The notes under the pieces are model-generated. The model was not told the origin of the DNA. It searched no databases and worked only from the letters and a program-made list of their open reading frames with translations. Positions 28,026-36,820 of a DNA stretch of 64,000 nt are shown one piece after another; position 1 is the stretch's first letter; each line of letters starts with the position of its first letter. The position numbers and the translations under genes were made by a program. This DNA comes from Candidatus Hydrogenedentota bacterium (GTDB lineage Bacteria > Hydrogenedentota > Hydrogenedentia > Hydrogenedentales > JAJRTN01), in NCBI GenBank assembly GCA_024278275.1, contig JAJRTN010000045.1, positions 14,560 to 78,559 of the forward strand, read 5' to 3'.

Positions 28026-30218
28026 TCAGTTTTCCTCGGGGGTTGGCGTGCCGTCGGCGCCGCCATCGTTCCCGGTTTGGCCGTCGGTCAAAGGTGGTAT
28101 GCCGGGGGCCGGTGCCGTACGCTCCTTGAGATCCAGGGGACTCAGCGGACCCAGGCCGGTGGGAAAAAAGGGTACGTCCAAGTCCTCAATCGAAAGCAGG
28201 TTCGTGTCGTCAGCAACAGGGAATCCGGATGCCTTTTCCGACTCCGTCGCGGGTGCTTTGGCGGTCTTCACCTTTTCCGAAGGTGTCGGTGTTGGCCCGG
28301 TCTTCACCTTTTCCGAAGGCGTCGGGGTTGGTCCGGTCTCCGGGGCTTTGGGTTTCGGCGGGACCGGCGACGACGGCGGATTCGCCCGGGCGATGGTTTC
28401 CAGCGCTTCGGGCCGGTCCTCGCCGGGCACCGCCCGCTTGAGCGTGGGCGAACCCGTTCCGGGCAACCAGCTATTGAGCACCATGCGCACCTGGCGTCCC
28501 GCGATCCCATCGACAATCAACCCGGTCTCCGCCTGGAGCTTGGATACGGCCCCGGCGGTGTGAGAGTCGTATCGGTCGTCTCGGGCTCCTTCTTCCAGGC
28601 GGTGCAGAAGGCGGAGGTTGGCCTTGAGAGCGGCCACGTAAGGCCCTTTACGGCCCAACATCATGTCGGGGGCCTTCGGGTCTTTATCACGCCACAGGAC
28701 AATGGCCTCATCGGCGTAGGCATCCAGAATCTCCCCCCGAGGCGCTTCCACCACCTTATCGCCCTCGGCGGTCAGCCACAGGCGATCATCGTCCGCGCCA
28801 ACCAGGGCGACCCAGTAATCCCGTGAAGCCGATCCGGTTTTGCCGGGCCGAAGACGGATCAGGGCGGGAAGATCCAGGGCTACCAGTTGACTCAACGCGG
28901 GCCGAATACGTTCGTGCTTGAGTCCCAGCTCCCCGGCCAACGTCACCAATTCCCTGTCGCTGGCGGGCAAAGCGCGATCCTCGGGAAGGGTAACATCCCA
29001 AATGCGCAGCAAGGTGCGGCTGGCGGAACGGCACGCGGTTTCCGGGTCCGTGGCCAACAGCGCTTCCCCCAGCGGGATCGTTTCGCCGGGCGCTTTCTCC
29101 GGCTCCTGCGCTTTTCGGGTTACGGACACTTCCGGGGTTTCCGGCGGATCAACCGTTTTTTCCGGCGACGTGTTGTCCCGGGTCTTGGCATCCGCAGCGG
29201 GCGTCACCGGATCGCCTGGACGCGCGACCGGTACCCCGAGGGTCGCCACATCGCGGAAAACGCGGACCCCATCCACGATCTCGCCCAGGACGGGGCCGAA
29301 CTGTTGGACGAGGAAATAGGCCAACACGAGCGCCAGCAATAAGGCGGGACTCGGCAGCCAGCGCCAACGGGAAAGGCCGGCACGTTTCTTTTTGCCCGTC
29401 CTTATCTTCTCACCGCGAATTTCGACGGCCGCCTTCTTCACGATGGCCGCCGTGATGATGTGGGCTTCCCGGGTATAACCGATGAGCAACGCGCGGTCGC
29501 AGATGGCGTTGATCATGCGGGGAGTTCCCCCCGAGTGCTTGTATATTTGCCGAATGGCGGACCGGTTGAATCGCACGCTCCGCCGTCCGCCGGCGGTATG
29601 AAGGCGGTACGCCACGTATTGCAGCGTTTCCTTCTCGCTCAGTTCCTTGAGGTGATACCGGGCCGTGATGCGCTGGTTGAGCTGGCGCAATTCATGGAGG
29701 GCAAGCATTTCGCCCAATTCCGGCTGACCCACCAGCACGATCTGGAGCAGTTTTTCCGTTTCGGTCTCCAGGTTCGAGAGGAGACGGATCTGTTCCAACA
29801 CCTGGGGCGAAAGATTCTGTGCCTCGTCGATAAGCAGCACGCAGTTCCGGCCCCGGGTCTTGGCTTCGAGCAGGTAAACGTTAAGCTCCTCGACCAGGTC
29901 GAGCACATTATCCCCCACGGGGGTCAGCCCGAATTCCGTCAGGATCTTGCGGATGAGCTCCACCGGCTTGAGCGAGGGATTAAAGATGAAAGCCAGTTCC
30001 GTGTCGCTGTCAAGCTGGCGCACCAGGTTACGGCAGATGGTCGTTTTGCCCGTGCCGATCTCGCCGGTGACCATGACGAAACCCGAACCGCTCTTGATGC
30101 CATAAAGCAGGTGGGCAAAGGCCTCCTTATGCTTCTCGCTCAAGAAGAGGTATTTGGGGTCGGGCGTGAGGTTGAACGGCTTTTCGCTCAGCCCATAGAA
30201 GGCCTCGTACATGACCAC
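28026..30218 (-). CDS. gspA: GspA/ExeA-like AAA+ ATPase with TM segment, periplasmic peptidoglycan-binding domain and Pro/Thr-rich repeat tail
   Basis: N-terminal …LSEKPFNLTPDPKYLFLSEKHKEAF…GFVMVTGEIGTGKTT…CVLLIDEAQNL… is the ExeA/MshM-type AAA. TM WRWLPSPALLLALVLAYFLV. PG_binding_1-like YDSHTAGAVSKLQAETGLIVDGIAGRQVRMVLNSW. ORF-track start 30218 is GTG. An ATG at 30212 has RBS GAGGTG. Confidence 0.8.
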   Translation of the reverse strand: MVMYEAFYGLSEKPFNLTPDPKYLFLSEKHKEAFAHLLYGIKSGSGFVMVTGEIGTGKTTICRNLVRQLDSDTELAFIFNPSLKPVELIRKILTEFGLTPVGDNVLDLVEELNVYLLEAKTRGRNCVLLIDEAQNLSPQVLEQIRLLSNLETETEKLLQIVLVGQPELGEMLALHELRQLNQRITARYHLKELSEKETLQYVAYRLHTAGGRRSVRFNRSAIRQIYKHSGGTPRMINAICDRALLIGYTREAHIITAAIVKKAAVEIRGEKIRTGKKKRAGLSRWRWLPSPALLLALVLAYFLVQQFGPVLGEIVDGVRVFRDVATLGVPVARPGDPVTPAADAKTRDNTSPEKTVDPPETPEVSVTRKAQEPEKAPGETIPLGEALLATDPETACRSASRTLLRIWDVTLPEDRALPASDRELVTLAGELGLKHERIRPALSQLVALDLPALIRLRPGKTGSASRDYWVALVGADDDRLWLTAEGDKVVEAPRGEILDAYADEAIVLWRDKDPKAPDMMLGRKGPYVAALKANLRLLHRLEEGARDDRYDSHTAGAVSKLQAETGLIVDGIAGRQVRMVLNSWLPGTGSPTLKRAVPGEDRPEALETIARANPPSSPVPPKPKAPETGPTPTPSEKVKTGPTPTPSEKVKTAKAPATESEKASGFPVADDTNLLSIEDLDVPFFPTGLGPLSPLDLKERTAPAPGIPPLTDGQTGNDGGADGTPTPEEN
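28263..28334. repeat. Tandem 2 x 36-nt direct repeat (33/36 identical) encoding TGPTPTPSEKVK x2 in GspA-like tail
   Basis: ggtcttcaccttttccgaaggtgtcggtgttggccc / ggtcttcaccttttccgaaggcgtcggggttggtcc. Confidence 0.7.
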
Positions 30219-30501
30219 CTCGCGAAGGGATCCTGCCAGTAATCTGTTGACTGATTAGCCTACCATCTTACGGTCCCGGAATCAACCAATGATCCGCACA
30301 ACCCTACCGGCGACGGGGGTTTAGCAAAGTTTCCGCCATGGCGGCGGAAGCGCCTTGTCACGGTTGTGCGATATAGTCCTTTACCCGTGAAGGCCTGTAC
30401 AAATGCTCATGAAATCGTGTTTGCCGCCGCGGCCCACCGTCATCCCCCGCGAAGGGGGGGCTCCATGGGTAGGGGAAACGCCCTGCCCGTTCCCGTGGAT
30501 G

Positions 30502-30518
30502 CCCGCGTGCGCGGGAAT
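30502..30518. repeat. Palindrome CCCGCG-TG-CGCGGG followed by AAT; second copy of the CGCGGGAAT-type motif
   Basis: Lies in the 354-bp gap between gspM and gspA-like. Compare 18741-18760. Confidence 0.45.
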
Positions 30519-30572
30519 AAGGGCAGGCATGGTGTATGTGAACGATGCCCGGTGGGTTTTTCAAACACCTTT

Positions 30573-31088
30573 CTACACCTTAAGCGTGGCAAAGGTCACC
30601 GAACAGAGGAGGCCTTTCTCACCTGACGCGGGGCGTATCCACATCTCGCGCATAACCACCAAGTCCTTGTGGTCATGCACCCGGTGCAGGAACTTCACGA
30701 CCTCCCCGAGTGATACGCCCTCCAGTGAGACCTTGACGGCAGGCTGGTTCTCGTTGCCCCGGCGGCGGCTGGTCACGTTGTCGATACGTGCGCGATCCTT
30801 CAGCCGCGATTCCGCCAGGGCCTTATCGAGGAAGGCGTAGAGGTCGAAAGAGGGACTGCGCCCCTGAAGCCGCTGCTTGAGCGCCTCCTGACTGCGCAGG
30901 CGGATCCGCTCCTCGTCTCGCGCGTCGCGGGTGAGTTGAAGCTCGTGCCGTTTCCGGGCCACTTCGCGCCGTGACCGTTCGTAGTCCTTGCGCGGTCCGG
31001 CGGGGATATAGGCCAGCAGGGCCAGCACCAGCAGAAAGGCCACCCCGCCAAAGAACAGGCCGGCCTTTTCACGACGGTCAAGATTCAT
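30573..31088 (-). CDS. gspM: Type II secretion system protein M (GspM)-like
   Basis: 171 aa, bitopic (TM GLFFGGVAFLLVLALLAYIP), last gene of the gspC-M series. Overlaps the gspL stop by 11 nt. Confidence 0.55.
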   Translation of the reverse strand: MNLDRREKAGLFFGGVAFLLVLALLAYIPAGPRKDYERSRREVARKRHELQLTRDARDEERIRLRSQEALKQRLQGRSPSFDLYAFLDKALAESRLKDRARIDNVTSRRRGNENQPAVKVSLEGVSLGEVVKFLHRVHDHKDLVVMREMWIRPASGEKGLLCSVTFATLKV

Positions 31089-32541
31089 GGTCCGCGCCCT
31101 CCTTCCTGTCTTCGGGGCGGAAAGCTATGATGGTGAATGCCGTCGTGTTCCCCTTGGTGCTTTTCCGGGGCTCATCCCGAATTGTAAAGTATGGCGAATT
31201 GGCCAGGTCCTGGAAAACCTGGTTGAACACGGCCACATCGTCGGTATTTCCCTCGATGGTAAGCCAGCCGGCCTTGGCACCGGGGGGAGAAAACTTGATG
31301 CTTGTAATATGTACTTTACGGTCGGGCATTTTGCGGCTGATCTCCGCCAGCAGATCCAGCGTCACGGGGGCGTTGAACATCTCGGTGTCCACGTCCACGC
31401 CGATACCTCGGGACTCCAAGTCCGCAATTTCATCGTTAATCGCCTGAATTTGCCCGTCAAGAGCGGCGATTTCCGCGTTATTCGAACGGATGCCCAGTTC
31501 GTAGTATCCCACCCAGCAGATCAAGGCCAACAATGCCAGGCACGAGGAAAACATGAGGTGGGCGATTACACCCCGCAAAGCGCCCTCGGCTCCCTGCTCG
31601 GCACGAATGAAATCCAGGGCGAAAGGCCCGCCCAGCGCGCCGGCGGCCGCCCCGCAGAGTCCCTCCCAAGTGTTTCCTTCCGCCGTGCCGGGGTCCTCTC
31701 CGAGCACTTTCACCGCCCCACGCAAGGCGGGCAACATCACTTCGGACTCGACCCGCATGTCGAGCGCCCGGGACAGGACGTCCGACTCGGCGGGGTCGAG
31801 CGCAACGCCCGTCACATGCAACGTATCCAGTTCCGCGTCGCCACGCCACCGTGCCAGAAAGGCGCGCAGGGTGTTCTGCACCTCGCGGGCAACCGCCCGG
31901 GGATCTTCCCGCAACGTATCAACCCCGCACGGGATATGTCGAAAGTAGGCCAGCCCGCCATGGTAGAGAATGACGAGGTTCGATCCCGTGGCCCCGGCGT
32001 GCAATACGGCCGCAAGCCCCTTCGGCATGCGACGACCCGCGGCCCACAGCCCGGTGAGGGCGGGCGCGTCAAGGGTCACCGCGTCGGCAACGACACCGGC
32101 GGCCTTGAGCCATTCCAACTGTTCATCCACCTGCTGACGGCGAACCCCCATGGCGAGCACTTCCGTCTCGCCATCGAACTCGGCCACGGGTTTGAAATCC
32201 AGCAACAGCTCGTCAATGGGAAAGGCGAGGTAGGGCTCCAGTTCGAACTGCACGGCCGCGGCCACGCGGCGGCGGCCACGAAAGGGAATGGTGAGGGCGC
32301 GCACGATGCCATATTGACTGCCCAAGCAAAGAACGAAAGCGGCGGGCCGGTGTTTCAGCCCGTCCAACAGCCGCTCGATGGCGGCCACCGTTGCCTCCGA
32401 ACGCTGCTCGGGGTCCCCGCCGTTGATGGGCTCGACCAGCAAATCAAGCACTTTGGGCCGCCTGCCGCCGGTCTTGACGACGGCCAGGCGTACAACGCTC
32501 TCGCCTATCTCGATGGCGGCCAGCTTTACGCTAAACAACAT
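31078..32541 (-). CDS. gspL: Type II secretion system protein L (GspL): cytoplasmic actin-like (PilM-like) domain + TM + periplasmic PilN-like domain
   Basis: N-terminal MLFSVKLAAIEIGESVVRLAVV… (actin-like ATPase fold start), TM HLMFSSCLALLALICWVGYY, periplasmic C-terminus. 487 aa. Confidence 0.7.
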   Translation of the reverse strand: MLFSVKLAAIEIGESVVRLAVVKTGGRRPKVLDLLVEPINGGDPEQRSEATVAAIERLLDGLKHRPAAFVLCLGSQYGIVRALTIPFRGRRRVAAAVQFELEPYLAFPIDELLLDFKPVAEFDGETEVLAMGVRRQQVDEQLEWLKAAGVVADAVTLDAPALTGLWAAGRRMPKGLAAVLHAGATGSNLVILYHGGLAYFRHIPCGVDTLREDPRAVAREVQNTLRAFLARWRGDAELDTLHVTGVALDPAESDVLSRALDMRVESEVMLPALRGAVKVLGEDPGTAEGNTWEGLCGAAAGALGGPFALDFIRAEQGAEGALRGVIAHLMFSSCLALLALICWVGYYELGIRSNNAEIAALDGQIQAINDEIADLESRGIGVDVDTEMFNAPVTLDLLAEISRKMPDRKVHITSIKFSPPGAKAGWLTIEGNTDDVAVFNQVFQDLANSPYFTIRDEPRKSTKGNTTAFTIIAFRPEDRKEGADHES

Positions 32542-32638
32542 TCAACCCGCTCCAGCTTCTTTGAAAAGACAGGGCACACACCCCCGTCCGGAAAACCGAT
32601 GCCCAGTATAGCGTTTTGTGACCAACGGCTTCGACCCT

Positions 32639-33787
32639 CTATCGGATGACACGCCATTCCAGGATGCGGAACGGCTCCGCGGGCGCTTCGGTACCCGCCG
32701 GAAAGTCCGGTACGGCCCCCCCTGTTTCCAGGGGCGTGCGCCACACATAGGCCTCGATGCGAACCATGTTTTCCCCGGCCAGTCCATCGCCGCGAATGCG
32801 AAACACATTGCTGTTCACCCGAAAGGCGCGTTGGGAGGGCGGCGGCGGGGCGTCTGGATCCCGGGCCCGGTTTCGGTTTCGCGTCCGGTCTTGATCCCGG
32901 CCCGGCCCCGGGCCCACGTAATCCGCCAATTCCCCCACATTCCCGAAAGGCTGCTCTTCGTGGGTACGAATGTAGATGTCTTCACCCGCCGTGAAATTGA
33001 ATCCAGACCCGTCGTAGGCGCCGACCACGGCGGCCAGCACCTCCTCCCGCGCGGTATTGGCGTTGACCCGTCCCTGCCAATCCCCATGGACCGTGAGATA
33101 CTCGCTAAGCGGCAGTTGATCCCGTTCCGGGTCGCCCCAATAGATGTCGGGGGTGATGCCTTTGATCAACAGGAGTTCTTCAATGGTGTCCATCTGGGCA
33201 TTCTTGCAGGGATAAGGGATTTCCGAAGCCTCGTAGAAATCGTTTTCCGCGCCGCCGGGTCGCTCGTCGTCCTCGTCGCCATAATCCAGCCAATCCAGGA
33301 TGGCGTCCACGGGATCCTCGGCATCGGGCGCGCGGTCGAGAAAGAAAGCGCGCAGGGCCTCAACCAATGCCTCCCGCTCGACGGGCGGACTCTGGCTGTA
33401 GTCAAGCAGGGCATTGAGGTTGATCTTGCCATACTCGTCGTCGATGGTGGCGCGCATGTACGCGTCTTCGTTGATGGGATCGAAAGGATGGCCCGCGTAC
33501 CACACATCCAGGGCCGTATCGAGGACGGTCAGGTCGTACTGAGGGTCCGAGTTATCCGGAAGCAGGTCAGCCGCGAGGAGGGCCAGGCCTTGGGCCACGG
33601 CGGACTTCGCGGCGAGGCGGGCCTGTAGGTCATTGCCCCGATTCTCAGCGAAAGAAGCCTCCAACTGGCCGTCGTAGCTGAAGTTTACGACCAACACGGA
33701 AAGGAGTACGATGAACAACAGGGCGAGAATGAGAGCCATGCCCTCGTCCCGTCGCGCCGGTCCATGTTCACGGTGATAACTGCTCAT
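32639..33787 (-). CDS. gspK: Type II secretion system minor pseudopilin K (GspK)
   Basis: GMALILALLFIVLLSVLVVNFSY (non-cleavable-type pseudopilin N-terminus), …YGKINLNALL… GspK signature, 382 aa. ATGA overlap with the gspJ stop. Confidence 0.7.
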   Translation of the reverse strand: MSSYHREHGPARRDEGMALILALLFIVLLSVLVVNFSYDGQLEASFAENRGNDLQARLAAKSAVAQGLALLAADLLPDNSDPQYDLTVLDTALDVWYAGHPFDPINEDAYMRATIDDEYGKINLNALLDYSQSPPVEREALVEALRAFFLDRAPDAEDPVDAILDWLDYGDEDDERPGGAENDFYEASEIPYPCKNAQMDTIEELLLIKGITPDIYWGDPERDQLPLSEYLTVHGDWQGRVNANTAREEVLAAVVGAYDGSGFNFTAGEDIYIRTHEEQPFGNVGELADYVGPGPGRDQDRTRNRNRARDPDAPPPPSQRAFRVNSNVFRIRGDGLAGENMVRIEAYVWRTPLETGGAVPDFPAGTEAPAEPFRILEWRVIR

Positions 33788-34617
33788 CGCTGTTCCCTGA
33801 ATATGCCGTCGGGATCGTCGATCAGATCGGTTCCCAAATGGTTCATATCGAGAAACCGGTCCACCACGCCCATCCCCGCGGCCAAGGGGATGGTCACGTC
33901 AAGGTCCGCCGTCTCGCCGAATTCAATGCCGGCCTCCAGGTCCCCCTGGTATTCGGCCTCGCTCCGGGGAAAATCGATCCGGATCCAGACGGCCCAGGGC
34001 AAGCGGTTGGTTTCCAACGAATCCCAGTCCTCGACCCAGTCCTCGCTTTCAATGTCGTAATACAGCACATCGAAAGACCGCACGGGAACCTGCCGGCTCG
34101 TGCCCAGCGCCTCATAGTCTCCGGAATCCCGTTCCTCATTCAGACTGGACAGCACCAGGGGCCGCTCGGTAATGGTGAGCATGACGGACGGCTTGCGGTC
34201 GAGGTAGTCCCGGTCCATGTCGTAAGCCAGGGAACCGTCTCCCCCATCCTCCTCCACCTCCCCCACTTCGTAACTTACCACCTTAAATATGCCGGGCAGC
34301 GCGTAGGGACCGCTCATGGGCTGGGAGGTACAGAAAGACACGCTATCCGCGGGGCCCAACATGGTCTCGCCGTTCTCCCCCAGAAACTGGTACTCCGTCA
34401 CGACGCACGCCGAATCAGCGTAAACCGTGCTGAAATTGGTGAAAAGGTTCTCTTGCAGAATCTGCCGGAAACGCAGCTCTCTCGACAAGTCCCGCATCAT
34501 CTCGGTGGCGCTGATCACCGAATTGAGACTGACGAAAACAACCATCACCAGGATGGTGAGCAGGGTGAGCGCGACCAGCATCTCGATGAGCGTAAAGCCC
34601 TGCCGCCGGGGGATCAT
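33784..34617 (-). CDS. gspJ: Type II secretion system minor pseudopilin J (GspJ)-like, extended (277 aa)
   Basis: Prepilin N-terminus MIPRRQG|FTLIEMLVALTLLTILV (G-1, F+1, E+5). Position between the I-like and K genes. Acidic C-terminal extension. Confidence 0.65.
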   Translation of the reverse strand: MIPRRQGFTLIEMLVALTLLTILVMVVFVSLNSVISATEMMRDLSRELRFRQILQENLFTNFSTVYADSACVVTEYQFLGENGETMLGPADSVSFCTSQPMSGPYALPGIFKVVSYEVGEVEEDGGDGSLAYDMDRDYLDRKPSVMLTITERPLVLSSLNEERDSGDYEALGTSRQVPVRSFDVLYYDIESEDWVEDWDSLETNRLPWAVWIRIDFPRSEAEYQGDLEAGIEFGETADLDVTIPLAAGMGVVDRFLDMNHLGTDLIDDPDGIFREQR

Positions 34618-35138
34618 CGCGCGCCTCCCCGCATACGCGAACGGGTGTTGCCGAAACCGCCGGGGCGGGAATTGCCATTGGACGACGCCCCGCTTCGTGA
34701 AAAAGAACGGCTTTTCCCCGAATTACCGCGGCCCGTGCCGCCATCCAAGTCCTCCGGCCCCGTGTTAAAACAAAGAAAGGTCACTTCCCGCGTATCCGTC
34801 GGGCCGGTCAGGCGCACGTCCACCGCATAGAGGGGGATCAATTCATCTTCATCGGCGGTGGCTTCGTAAGACCACTCGAACCCCGGGTACCGCGCGCCAA
34901 AATCACCGCCCCCCGCAAGCGCGCCGTTAATCACCTCCACTTCCGCGAAGGCCACGCTCCGCTCGAGAAGCAACCGCATGTTCACTTCCTCATCCACCAC
35001 CTGGTGAAGCTGCAGGGACTGGCTGTGCGCGGCCAGCAGGATAAACATGGCGGAACCCAGTATGGCCAGCGCCGCCAGAACTTCCATGAGGGTGAAACCG
35101 GCGATTGGGGTCCGCTGTGCAAAGGGGGCGCGTGTCAC
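34614..35138 (-). CDS. gspI: Type II secretion system minor pseudopilin I (GspI)-like with Gly/Ser/Arg-rich C-terminal tail
   Basis: …PIAG|FTLMEVLAALAILGSAMFILL prepilin motif. GTG start overlapping the gspH stop (GTGA). The C-terminal 40 aa is low-complexity (GRGNSGKSRSFSRSG…). Confidence 0.65.
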   Translation of the reverse strand: MTRAPFAQRTPIAGFTLMEVLAALAILGSAMFILLAAHSQSLQLHQVVDEEVNMRLLLERSVAFAEVEVINGALAGGGDFGARYPGFEWSYEATADEDELIPLYAVDVRLTGPTDTREVTFLCFNTGPEDLDGGTGRGNSGKSRSFSRSGASSNGNSRPGGFGNTRSRMRGGAR

Positions 35139-35959
35139 CGGTCCGGCCTCCCTTCAAAGGCTTCCGATTCACCCGTGACGGGATCCCAGATCACGGTGTA
35201 TTCATCGCCATCGCCGTTGGCCAGGAGGAAGACCGTCTCCGCAGGGAAACCCAGCGGCGTGATCTCGATCTCCACCACCCCCGAACGGTATTCCACGTTG
35301 TCCACATAAACCGCTTCTATCCACGCATCCTCGAGGGCCACGGGCATCAGCGTCAAGTCCTCAACCATCTCCTCGACGGGTTCCGCCTGATCCAGGTCGA
35401 GTTCCTCATCATCGAAGATGTCCACCTGGTCCAGAAACCCCTCCTCATGCACGACATTCCTGGCCCGCTCGTCGATGGCACGCCGGGCGAAATCGTTGAA
35501 ACGGTCCCCCATCTGTTCGTCGGCCAGTTCCGGGTCGAAATCCCCGTCCAAATCACCCAGGCTGCGAACCTTGTCGGTGCTGTTACCGCGGAGCAGACTC
35601 GACAAGTCATCCGCGGAAAGCCCCCCCTGCCGGAGATCCTTCAAACGCGACCACTGGTCTTCATCGGCCCCGGAACCGGGAACATCCTCCTCCGAATCGG
35701 GAATCACCCAATGTACGGTGTAGTACTCCTGCTTGTCCAGATCGATTCGAACCACGTGGCGTTCACGGGTAAACAGGGCCCGCCCATAAGCGCCGCGGCC
35801 ATAGCCCGCCAGGTGATTCGCCTCACGCTCAAGACCGCTGAAGGCGATGAGCGGCGCGAATTGCGGAAAGGCCACGGCGGCAATAAGACCGATAAGGAAG
35901 ATCACCACCATCAGTTCAATCAGCGTGAACCCGGCCTTTTCTCGAACGTAACCGTTCAC
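35135..35959 (-). CDS. gspH: Type II secretion system minor pseudopilin H (GspH)-like with long acidic C-terminal region
   Basis: Prepilin motif …VREKAG|FTLIELMVVIFLIGLIAAVAF. The real start is a GTG at 35959 preceded by AGGAAGG (5 nt spacer). The ORF-track start at 36076 would add a 39-aa unlikely leader. Confidence 0.65.
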   Translation of the reverse strand: MNGYVREKAGFTLIELMVVIFLIGLIAAVAFPQFAPLIAFSGLEREANHLAGYGRGAYGRALFTRERHVVRIDLDKQEYYTVHWVIPDSEEDVPGSGADEDQWSRLKDLRQGGLSADDLSSLLRGNSTDKVRSLGDLDGDFDPELADEQMGDRFNDFARRAIDERARNVVHEEGFLDQVDIFDDEELDLDQAEPVEEMVEDLTLMPVALEDAWIEAVYVDNVEYRSGVVEIEITPLGFPAETVFLLANGDGDEYTVIWDPVTGESEAFEGRPDR

Positions 35960-36010
35960 GGAACCTTCCTGTCTTGGCAACCGTTCACGGAGAACTCGCC
36001 CCTTTCGGTG

Positions 36011-36028
36011 CCGCTTGGATCCAAGCGG
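36011..36028. repeat. 18-bp perfect palindrome CCGCTTGGA|TCCAAGCGG, with a second hairpin (36038-36057) in the gspG-gspH intergenic region
   Basis: Read from the sequence. Lies 3' of the major pseudopilin gene on the transcribed strand. No U-tract. Confidence 0.5.
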
Positions 36029-36141
36029 ATGGAGTAGGGACAAGCTCCCACTTGTCCGTTGACCGGGCGTGGACAAGCCTCAAAAGGGACCTCTTGCCTG
36101 ACACAAAGCACTTGACGCCTACGGTCGCGCGGGTGCCCGCC

Positions 36142-36567
36142 TCAACTGTCTTGCTTCAGGTTATCGCTGCTGAGGTCGGCGTCATAGCCGGAACCGCCGG
36201 GCATGCCATCGGCGCCATAGGAGGTAATCACGAACTTGCTCGAACCTTCGACCTCGTATTGGTACGTGCCGCCCCAGGGGTCCAGGGGCACTTCATCGGA
36301 ATCAAGGAACTTGATGCCTTTGGGGTTGTTTATCAGCGCATCCAGGCTGTCCGGAAGCCTTTTGTAGCGCGTACGGTACATGACGACCGCATCCTTGAGT
36401 GAACGGATCTGGGCCTTGGCCGCCACCTGGTCGCCCTCATCGAGCCCTCCCATGACGTTCACGCCGACAATGGTCGCCAGCACGGCGATAATGGCGATCA
36501 CCACCATCAGCTCGACGAGGGTGAAGCCGCCATCCCCGCGCCGCACATGTCTCTTTTTACACTGCAT
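36142..36567 (-). CDS. gspG: Type II secretion system major pseudopilin G (GspG)
   Basis: MQCKKRHVRRGDGG|FTLVELMVVIAIIAVLATIV is the canonical type IV prepilin leader and N-methyl-Phe site. …PDSLDALI…PLDPWGGTYQY… are GspG motifs. 141 aa. Confidence 0.9.
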   Translation of the reverse strand: MQCKKRHVRRGDGGFTLVELMVVIAIIAVLATIVGVNVMGGLDEGDQVAAKAQIRSLKDAVVMYRTRYKRLPDSLDALINNPKGIKFLDSDEVPLDPWGGTYQYEVEGSSKFVITSYGADGMPGGSGYDADLSSDNLKQDS

Positions 36568-36820
36568 TACCCTGGATCTCCTTGTGCCGTGTCGTGAATC
36601 CGGGCCTTGGCGGCCCGGATGCCTGCTGTAAAAGCTGATTTCCTTTAACCACGAAAAAGTCGAAGCACACGCATTGGGATATCAAAAACACCGCCGACAA
36701 TGGTCGAAATCGCTTCCTTCTTTCGTATGTTTCGTGGTTCATCCCTTTTCCGGGGCGTGGGCATGGCTCACGCCAGTATAACGGATTCATCCTTCGGGTC
36801 GTTGACCACGGGCGTGGCTA

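Noticed and set aside
36557-36790. 77-aa minus-strand ORF filling the gspF-gspG gap
   Set aside because: No RBS or motif. Overlaps the gspG start by 11 nt. Treated as non-coding spacer, possibly an internal promoter region, but cannot be fully excluded.
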